From: Octopus vulgaris
Lineage: Eukaryota
Length of the DNA: 64,000 nucleotides
Assembly: GCA_951406725.2 (NCBI GenBank)
Contig: OX597826.1
Coordinates: 20,398,001-20,462,000 of the forward strand
Reading direction: 5' to 3'
Position numbers and translations under genes: made by a program. Under the pieces are notes generated by a model. That model had not been told where the DNA came from and did not search any database. It was given only the letters and a program-made list of their open reading frames with translations. Positions 53,389 through 64,000 of this stretch are shown piece after piece. Within the stretch, counting starts at the first letter, position 1; every line of letters begins with the position of its first letter.

Positions 53389-55065
53389 TATACACATATA
53401 TGTATACATATATGTGTGTGTATGTATGTATACATATATGTATGTGTATGTGTATACATTTTCCAGTTTCATCCATACTTGCTGAACTTCCAAATTGTCT
53501 CCCCTTCTATCTATTGAAATTACAACCTCTCCAATCGAATTCCATCGAATTCCATGGTTGTTTCTCTATTTACCAGCTTGCTTTCTTTCTTTTTTCATTA
53601 GAGTTATCGTTTGTTGTTGCTTTTTGAAATGACGAAGAAGGGAGAGAGAAAGAGAGAGAGAGAGAGGGGGGAGAAAGAGAGAGCCAGGAAGTGGTAGAGG
53701 AAGCAGCCGATTTATGTAGATATCCTATTCTATTTTATTCCATACCGCTACTTTTACAGTTCTCTCTCCAACACCGCCACCGGGCGTCGTCGTCGCCGCC
53801 GCTGCCACCGCCACAACCATTCTCGTTAAACAGTGCATCTCTTTGCAGGTGATGTGATGCAGAACACCATCGACACGATTATTCCATTATAAGCATGGGT
53901 CAACTTTGTCAACAACACTTACAACAGCATGCCTCACTAACTTAATGGCTCTTCGCTCTGGATAAACAGCAAAATTAAATTAAATTTCATTTTTTTTTAC
54001 TCCATTAACTCGCTTTCAAATATTTATTTGTATTTTGTTACCAAAACACAATTATGTGTATTGGAAAACAAATAGTGTGAAAATCTTGAATCTATTCAGG
54101 AAATCAAAAGGACTTTGATACAATAAAAACCACGTAGAATATCAAAAGGAAAGATACGAAGTGGCTAAAAAAATAAAGAAGTAAATCTATAAATCTCTAA
54201 TATATTCTGTTTGTTGTTGAATTTGTTGAAGGGGCTGAAATATGGCGGAATACAGCCGCAGAAGTTGGTGTGGTTTGAGGTTTTTGTGTGCTAGAGTACA
54301 ACAGTAGAGTTTGTTGTGGTTGTTGTTGCTGTTGACCCCAAGGTGAGCTATAATCAGCTTCGTCTTCGATTATAATTCCATTCATATTTTGGATGCATTT
54401 GTAGTAAGATTAACCGAGACCCAGGCCATATTTTTACGCAGTTCTCTGTGTCACACAACACGCTCGCCTGTCGCTCTGTGCCCACGTTGGCCACCATATT
54501 TATAGATTCTGTGGGCAAGTTTTGTGGCATGACGAAATTAGAAGAAATTGTTAGCTACTTGTTCAACTTACCTCCGTTTCTTGGAGGAAATGGGTCACTG
54601 TGAATGGTGTCCCATGGTCCTCTCACAAGGCAGTGTAGCTGATTGCGTGTGAGAGAGGAAGAAGAACAAGAAGACGACGGCACAGCGGTCGAGGAGTTCT
54701 ACGACGAAGAAGGACAGAGGTGGGGAAGAGGAGAGGAATCGACCGCAGGAGATCACTGGTACTTAAATTTTCGATCCTGAAAAGCTCAAAAGCGAAGTTG
54801 ATGCTGTGGAATTTGTACTCAGCACAGGCAAAAACGCTCTACATAAATGATAAGTACAGTTGTGTGAGTATGTGTATGTGAGGTGTGTGTATGTATGTGC
54901 GATGTATGTGTGTCTGCATCTATGCATATGTGTGTGTGTGTATGTGTGTGTATACATATACATCTTTAAGGAACGTACGTATAAAACATATGAAAACAGC
55001 TTTTCACATTCAGTGAGTTTTCTGATACTTCAAGGTAATGTAATATATCTATCTATATATATACA

Positions 55066-55146
<81 letters not shown>

Positions 55147-55355
55147 TATATATATAAAATTATATTATATATATACATATACATATATATGTATACGTAT
55201 ACATGAGTGTATGTGTGTGTATCATATATCATATATCATGCTTTATTATATAATACACGTATGTAACATAAAGGTATGTATTTTATATACATATAAAATG
55301 GATGTATATATATTTGTTTGAGAGAGAGAGAGAGAGAAAGACTGATATCTGTCTG

Positions 55356-55428
<73 letters not shown>

Positions 55429-55429
55429 A

Positions 55430-55515
<86 letters not shown>

Positions 55516-55999
55516 CCCATGTATATATAGTTAAGAAACTCGCTTCACAACCACGACAATCGGGTTCGATTCTTTTGCGTGGCATCTTGAATGAATCTAG
55601 TTTTCTACACCAGTTCTCCAATGCACATCTTGTGGATGCAATAAGATTCATGAAAAGCGTAACGGAGGTATTCCGCCTGAGGATTACATCTGTGGAATAC
55701 TCAACCACTTGCATTTTAGTTGGATGGCGAAAGACACTGCATCCAAGGGAACCTGCATCAATAGGATGTAACATTCATTTAGCATTGTCACCAAATTAGG
55801 ATTTTTGTTGGGGGTGGGAGAAACGCTATTACCATCACCGTCACCATCAGCATCAGCATCACCATCAGCATCGTTACTAGAAGAAGCAGTACCCCACCAT
55901 TATCATTACCACCACCACCACCGTCATTAACATTTTACTTCCTCCAATTCCTCTTCATCATTATCATAAATCATAATCGTCTTCCTTATCCTGCTCCTC

Positions 56000-56082
<83 letters not shown>

Positions 56083-59000
56083 ATCTCCTCCTCCCTCCTC
56101 TTCATTAACCTCATCACTAATGATATATTTCTTGTTCTGTGCCGCCATTATCCCAGCCTGTTGATTATTCAAACAACTATTTACTTTGTGAATTTATTTT
56201 AACTAAAACTTTTCTTTTTTATTTTTCACTTCAGTTATTAAAAAAGCAAACAAACAAACGCAAACTGTTTTTTATATAATGATTAAGTGGAGCATTTAAT
56301 GCTTATTAAACACATCAATATGAATCTATGTCTGTCTTCGCAACAGTCTGCGTTCAAATACTTATATGTGTAGATCTGAACAACAAGTCGCTCATTCTAT
56401 CAAAAATGACAACACGCTTGTGGTGAGAGAAAACTAAATAAATTGAGAGAATGGAGCTCAGCCAATCAACCTTTGGTTTTGTTTAAAAAAAAAATTTTAA
56501 AATTAAAAAACTACCCCACCAACTACCAATTAATAAAAGAAGTTTGTAAGTTATTTTTTTATCTTCGTATTTACTGTCGTAAAACTCCCCATCCGTTTAT
56601 CTAGCTTCAGACTAATTCATTAGCCTTTCTCTGGACACATTGAGAAAGGTCACCATTGTTCATGCACTTTCCCTTCTAATTGAAATGGCTGTTTAGTTTA
56701 GACAATTTACTTAATCTGGTTTATAACAACAAATGCATATTTTCGTCTTTTTCATTTTGTTTTTGTGCTTGCTTATTGTTTTCGTATAAAAATGAATAAT
56801 TATAAATAAAAAAAAACAAACAAACAGATAATTACAAATAACAAAGTATCTATGCTTTAATTAAGAAATCCTCGATGATTAAAAAAATAAAAAAAAGTTT
56901 AACATTGCAAGACATCAAAAATAGAAAACGAAATTGAAAGCCATAAAAACTGTTGTAGCTAATGCTTTGCTTTGATCAACGCAGTAAAAATATCTACGGC
57001 CATGATAGATTTTTCTCTTGATAAAACTAGTGCCGCTACTCGTATCGATCGGAAACTGCCTCCACAAGCAATTATAATCAATTTCTTTTATTATTACTTT
57101 TTTTTGATTCAAAATTAAAACCATAGCCAAGGCTTTGATGAAAACAGTAACTGGAAAATTATTTAACAAAAGATGCGGTTCTCATTTTATATAAATTTTC
57201 GCATGTTTCCCTAAATCAAGGATTATTTCCCTTAAAATGCCTTGCACATCGATAAATTTATATTTATTTCATAAAAAAAAAAATCTCCAACAAAACTCGA
57301 TAAAGAAAGCTTCTTTAAAAAGAAAAAAAAATCATTTCTTCTAATTTTGTAAATTCTTCAGTCATCTATTTGTCTTTATACTAATTTACATCTTAATTAT
57401 AAACCACTTCTTTCCAATTAGACATCTGAACAAAGCAAGTTTAATCCTATTTTCGACAAAACGGCTTAATAAAAAAAAACTTGATTTGTTTGAAAAATTT
57501 CTTTGGAGTGAAAGTGAATTCTATTAAAATGTCTTTTCTTCTTTAATTCGATTAGTTTCTTGGAGTAAATATTAAAAAGGAATCCAGATTATTTCTCTAC
57601 TGTATTAATTTATATTACCACTCAAGAGTGTTGCAATCAATTCTTAGTCATGAGATCGAACCAAGTTTAGATTAATCCATAACAAAAAATAAAAGCGGAA
57701 AAAACAAAACACAAACAAAAAAATGGTATTAGATAAATACCATGTTGCCACTCTTCGTTAAGCAGCAGTTTCAGTAATTTCAAATTAAAAAAAAGAAATT
57801 ACTAAATTGTCTTGGCACCTTCACCCCTTGCTTTTAGGAACCCTCACCCCCTCCTTTCTTGGACCCCACCTCCTCCCTTCTTGGATTCCCCCCACCTCCT
57901 TCCCCTCCTCCTTAGTTTTTCGTTTTGATTTTCTCTCATTCTCAGATTATTCAGATAATTATTTCAAACTCTTTAATCTTTTGAAATCTATATTCAATAT
58001 TAACATTAAACTGTGAAATGTAATTAAGACTATATTAGTAGTAGTAGTTGTTATAGTAGTAATTGTATGTATGTATGTATGTATGTATGTATGTATGTAT
58101 GTATGTATGTATGTATGTATGTATGTATGCATTGGCCAACTCAATAGAGGCAGGCGCCGTGGTGCCGATACCATGATTCAGTTTCAATTCCTAATTTTCT
58201 CTTTTACAAGTGGACTGTGGTCATGCTGGAGTCTCATCAGAAATTGCAGATATTTTCATATCGCTTCTGTCAGTTAATACTTATGGGAAAGGCACAAAAG
58301 CGGCTTCCATTTCCAGTGACGTCATAAGAACCAAGACACTAGTTAGAAATAAGCAAGGACAGCAGACATTTGATGGGAATTTAATTAATTGAATCTCTTG
58401 ACAAAAACTGATTCATCAAGTTCATAAGAGTAGGAATGAAAGTATCTAGTTCCTAACAAAGTACCCAGTTCCTAACAAAGTACCCCGTTGCAAATAAAGT
58501 ACCCATTCTTCGATTGTAAATGTTCAGAGGAAGCTAAAATATCCGTGGTGTATTGATCTACCTTGATTGTACACGATGATAGAGATTACCCACCCGAAGT
58601 GATTTAATGTGTTAACGTACCCTGATTACACCCTGAAATAAAACTTAGCCACCCTCCTCTATTGTAATTCATTTACAAAACCCATTTATAAAATAATGTT
58701 ATTTGCATGCAATAATCTTGAATATTTCTCATTCATGCACAGAAACTGTTTGAAACGTCTAGTTTAGACTCTTGTTATATTAAACTACAAAGCGATTGGC
58801 TTAAAGAAAGAAAATAGATTTGTTTTTGTTTAAGAAGAATAATTTTCTTTTACTTTTGGAAATTATACTTTTAAAAACATGAAAAAATAAACCGAGAAGC
58901 GAAAAACATAAAACAAAACTGTTCATATTAAGTGAATGTTTGAAAAAGTTTAATCGTTGCAGATTATAGTCAGGTGTGTTCCAGGCCAGAACGTGTATAA

Positions 59001-59399
59001 AACTAATTTAAATTTTTCGCACATAAACACATTTGTAACAGTATTAGATAGGAGAACAACATCAGTAAACAGTAAAATAATTCCAATATTTGAGAAAACA
59101 TCAAAATTACTATAGTTAAGTGAAGCATAAAGTTTAATAAAACATATCGGAAATGGTAAAATTATGAAAAAGAACGCTTTAAAGGGTTGCTTTTGTAAGA
59201 AGAACAATACCTTTTGTTTTAAATTGGAGAATTTGCTTTGGTTCATGTACACAATCATCTGTAATTAATTTTCAGTTGAGGGATTCAAAGTTATTTTTAA
59301 TATTTTTAATTTTGTTAACTTCAATTTTTTGCTGTTCGTAAACATTTCATTCTAGATATAACCACTAAATAGACAGAGTTCTCTTAATGTCGAGGGGTT

Positions 59400-60480
59400 C
59401 TTACTAGTTTGTCTAATATTCTGTTTGACAATCATTGTAGCATACTGGAAAATTGTCTGAGATTTGACTTCTATCATCATATAAACCTCAGTGCTTCTAG
59501 GACAGCAGACAATTTCGAATAAATTACGTCTCAATAGAGACGTAGGTAGGGTAAGACAGTATTCCGTTTTTTTATACGATCTTATCCAAACCAAACTTGA
59601 GGCCATTGTAACGTAAGGGACTAAGAAAAAAGTAGAAAACAGAGGGTTACAAAATGAAATGGTGTCAATTAAAAGAAAGAATGAAGAACTGAATATCATA
59701 GACCTGAGAAAAACAAGATGATAGGAGTGAATTCCAGAGAACTAGCATTTCGAGGAAATAATAGGACTTATAACTAACAGGAAACTCAACAAAGAAACGG
59801 TGCGCCTGGAAAGGGAAGCGAGTGACTCGTTTAAAGGACTTGACGGAGGGCACTGGAGCAGTGGGTGCCTAACCAAAGCCACGTTAATAATAGATTCAGA
59901 GACTTTACTAACTACAAGGGAAAAACTTATAGGACGATATTTGTGTGGGTTAGATCTAACCACACAAGAATAACAAAAGAGAATTTGCCTTTAGACGGAC
60001 AACAATACTCAGGCACTTTTCCCAATGAACATATCAGAACTTTTTATAATCTAACGTATAAATCAGTAAGCTTTCTGCTGAAGCTTTTAAGGATATTTCT
60101 TTCAAAATGCAACTTTGAAAATGTTCGTTTTTATCCTTAGGAAACATTATCAGAGCATGGGGCAAGTCCTGGGGTGAGATACCCAAGTAAAGACAAGTCA
60201 GATACAGTTGTCCTTCTTTGTATTATTTCCTTAAATTTCGAACAGGTTTAGCAGAAAATATCAGGGGAAAATCACTTTTCTGAAGGTTCAGCATCATATA
60301 GACAGATACACGGGCCGTATATAGGCAGATACAAAGGAATTAGATAACAGATAAAGAGGTTAACTTCGCACATGATCTTATAAGGTAAACACAGTTAAAG
60401 AGAAGATTGTGAGAGGTAGATTGACTTCCAAAAGTAGATCAGTGCAACTAATAGCATCACCAGCTCCTGTCTTTTAGTTA
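59400..60480 (-). pseudogene. Highly decayed CR1/L2-type LINE reverse-transcriptase relic
   Basis: RSNPHKYRPISFSLVVSKVSESIINVAL resembles the RT motif 'NYRPISLL..SK.FE.II'; many stops; boundaries approximate. Confidence 0.55.
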
Positions 60481-60760
60481 CACAGGCACCGACATCAGTC
60501 CTTATTTCAAGTTAGGCATCGACATAACCGCTGTCATACGTTGAACACATCTACATTAGTCTCTCTCTTATTTTATACACCAACATCAATCGCTGCTTTA
60601 GGTGAAACATCTACACCAGCCTTTGTCTTATGTTAGGCTGACATTAATCCTTGTCTTGTTGGAGCTCAGCATTAGACACACCTGTCTCACTTTTAGAAGT
60701 CAGTATTAAACCTTATCTTATTGTTGGTCATCTACACCTACTCTAGTATCATTGTTAGCT
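60480..60760. repeat. Degenerate ~30-bp minisatellite
   Basis: Recurring GCA.CGACAT.A..C..T.TCTTA.GTT / ACATCTACA units. Confidence 0.5.
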
Positions 60761-61087
60761 GTGTCTGAGCTGTCAAAAACAAAAACAAGGGCTACCGAAA
60801 GGCGACTCCTTGTAGCGTTGAAGAGAATCTTATGATAATTCTGCTTGTCATTGAGTTACTTAGCCCGTCGGTAACGCTTTTACGTAATAAGAGAAAACGA
60901 GGGAGAGAGAAGAAGCGGGAGGGAGAAAAGAGGGAGAGAGAAGAAGCTGGAGGGAGAAAAGAGGGAGGGAGAAGCGTCCACGGGATAGAGGGAATGTAAT
61001 TGTAACACTTTCACATGATTAGCTGAAGAGAAAGAGAGGAGAAAGAAAAAGGAGAGAGAAAAAGAGGATAAGGTGAAGAATGAGACA

Positions 61088-61126
<39 letters not shown>

Positions 61127-63847
61127 CAAGTGAAGAGGGGGACATAATATTTTAACGTGGTTTAAAAAGTTAGTTGATGGTAGTAATATAGAGGAGGAGA
61201 GTTAAAGATATAATTTTAGCAGAGAGGTGATGTTCTGATGAAGTTAAAGAAAGGCAAAGAGAGAGAGAGAGAGAGGGAGAGAGAGAGAGAGAGAGAGCGG
61301 GGAGAGAGATGATGATGACGGCGGTGGTGGTAGCGGTATTGGAGTGGCGGAGGTGGTAGTGGAAAGTGCATAGTGAAGAGTGTATTTTTAAAATTGAACT
61401 AAGACTTTTTTATATCCCCGATCACTTAACGCCTGCGCATAAGGGCAATTCCGTGAAATATTCATGCTTATTTACGTAGCAGACGTATGCAATTTAATTA
61501 AAGGATGTATCATATGTACAGGAAATTTGTTTTTGTTTATGGGGAAAATGGAAAAATAAGAGTGAATATTTACTTTATGAGTGCTGTGTATTAAGTCTAT
61601 AAAATTGTGCATAAGATATATAAAGTGCATAAAGTAATCATCGTATTCCAGTTTCTTTCACTTTTCAATGAATAGCAGATGAGCAACTATCTTTCTTTAC
61701 AAATACAACACATGCTACGCTTTCAGTTTTTTTTTGGATAAAGTTTTCAGAAATAAACCAATAGGTTTACCATTAATTCCATGGAATATTCATGGGTCCA
61801 CTAGTAACATATAAATGGTATTATAGATAATTTGCAGACAACTACAAGCGTACATCTGTTTCTCCCCGAACATGGAGTTCTTCAAGTACTTCTAGAACTG
61901 TAGAGTAATACAGAAACGATATTATATAAAATTTGCTGAATACTACAAGTATATATTTGTCTCTTCTCAAATATGGAGTTCTTCAAGGAGTTCTTGCAGA
62001 ACATCAGGCGCAGCAAGCAGTATATGTTACTTGTTATCAGTAAACAGTATATGGCATCCGGTATATTCTTCTCATAAAAACACTTGGCTTTGTGCTTTGT
62101 AAAATTCACTATTCAATTTAATTAAACAAATCAATGCATGTATATTAATCGAATGAAAATAAATATTTAAAATTTGTTTTAGAAATTATTTAACAGCAAA
62201 ATAGAAACGAAGTTTTAATTGTAGAATGCAGTTGTAAGTTTAGTGGGGGAAATAATTGTTATATTGTAGATTGCCAAAAATGTAAGAATCTGTGGAAATG
62301 AAATAAGTTGCGAAATATAGAGTTAAAGCAATACTCTCGTAAAACACTTCGATATTTCTAAGTCCACAGATAAATGCAACCGAGGTTTTATATAAAAACA
62401 GATTTGATTAAGTTTCGTTATCATTGTAATGTTTGTCGGTTCTCATCGAGTATTGAATTGGTTCGAAAGAAATCAAAATAAAAAATAAAAATAAAGGGGA
62501 AAATGTGGTAAAAATAATTAACAACTTTTAAATGGAAGCAAATAGATAAAACTTGTGACTAAAGTATATCAGAAGAGTATCAGGATGAAGATTACAATGG
62601 TTACAGGTTACATGGTTAAGATGTTCACTTTGCAACCATTTCATTCTGGGTTCGATACCAAGATGCAGCATCTGGCATTATCTGGGTCTGATTAATACTT
62701 TGGTAGTGGAATTTAGTTGATAGAATCTATGTATGTTTGTGTAAATCGCAGTAAATTCCTTGGGGTATTTTGGTCCGTAATGATAGGTTGCTGTGTCAGG
62801 ACGGAAATACCTAAATTAAAAAGCCTAATAGACATAGATCACTAAAATAAATACCCGCACAGAAACCATTTGATTAAACCCAATGAAAGCGGTGCTCCAG
62901 CATGGTCGTAGTCCAATGACCGAAAAAAAACCCCATATGAGTACAAAAAAATGTGTCGTAGCGTTTCCCTGCTTGAGTCCAGTGTCTGCCAGATGCGACC
63001 AAAATGTTACTCCAATTGCTCTGCCACCCAGTCTAACATAAGAGTTCTATTCTTGATAAACGGAAAGCCTAGGTTCCCAACGCAAGGAGGACGGTGAAAG
63101 GAGGTGTAATTTGAACTCAGACTGCAAAGAGTCGCAACACATACCAAAAGACATCCCAAATAATTGTTGGAGATGAATATTTGGTGGAATTATTTGAGCG
63201 ATCGATGCTCGCATAACCGGTGGCCATCTCTCAATACATATTGAAATGTTACTGATATTAAATTTGGAATTTCCACAAATACCACGAGCTCTATGTCATC
63301 TATTTATTAGTACCAGTGACATATTGGGGTGGTTGTTTTTAATCACAGATAATCCTGCTGAACAACATACTGCTGTGGCACAAAATATTACACATTATTA
63401 AACAAACTACTTCTCTATAAAATACATCCACACGAACAAAGCTCCATCATTGGATTTTTGGTAGATGTGTAGTCCTTCACAACCTTAACACAGTCGTCAA
63501 TAGTTGCTGCTATTGTTGTTTAGCTTTTGGTCATTCCTGGTCGAGAGAATCTTTAATAAAACATGTTCAATCCGTGACCACTTCGTGCTTTATTCGGACA
63601 TTGAATATGTAGAGCTATATTAGCAAACGTTATCTCATGTTTTTTGTAACTTGAGGGATACTTATGTGCTATTTCTAACAAAATCTAGCTACTCCATCTT
63701 CATGAGCTTCCTCATTGGTCCGTTAGGCACCAGTTAATATCCACTGATGTATATTTCACATATACAATGGAAAATAAAATATATTTGTTTTATCTGAGGT
63801 TGGTATCCAAAACTTAAAATGTAAATCATTAGATCTTAAAATGTGTC

Positions 63848-64000
63848 TTGGGCTTTACCAGAAACATGAGGTAAATTATTGGCTGTACCTGTACAGCAGG
63901 TAAATAATTATCTGTGCCTGTAATAGTAGGGAAAATAACTGGCTTTACCTGAAATGGGTAACTTATTGGTTGTACTTGAAACAAGTAACTAATTGGATGA
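63848..64000. repeat. Degenerate ~28-30-bp minisatellite
   Basis: Recurring TGGCT.TACCTG.AA...GGTAA.T.AT units running to the window end. Confidence 0.55.

Noticed and set aside
54197-54385. 62-aa Q/T-rich minus-strand ORF
   Set aside because: Short and low-complexity with no recognisable domain; could be UTR sequence.
58448-58505. 19-bp tandem repeat AGTTCCTAACAAAGTACCC as a CRISPR-like array
   Set aside because: Head-to-tail with no spacers, in eukaryotic context; an ordinary short duplication.

Overview
Eukaryotic, AT-rich, microsatellite-saturated non-coding DNA. The repeat repertoire resembles an octopus (coleoid cephalopod) genome; this is inferred from repeat style, not from a marker gene. 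No host protein-coding gene is supported, and most ORFs in the track are translations of simple repeats. The real content is mobile DNA. (1) A near-intact Tx1/L1-clade LINE (21792-27616) with a 21-bp (ATT)n target-site duplication. (2) A train of R4/Dong-like restriction-like-endonuclease LINE fragments and a non-coding passenger element, separated by (TAA)n tracts (27671-34680; second cluster 42675-44160). (3) A decayed Penelope-like element (PLE) whose Asn/Asp-codon linker is the microsatellite where that nest begins. (4) Several PLE-type non-autonomous insertions with fold-back ends; one carries an intact minimal hammerhead ribozyme on both strands (40799-41170), and a ~356-bp retrozyme-like unit carries a near-intact hammerhead (15035-15400). 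(5) tRNA-derived SINEs, a non-autonomous Helitron, three Tc1/mariner relics and a decayed CR1/L2-type LINE. Coordinates of decayed elements are approximate.
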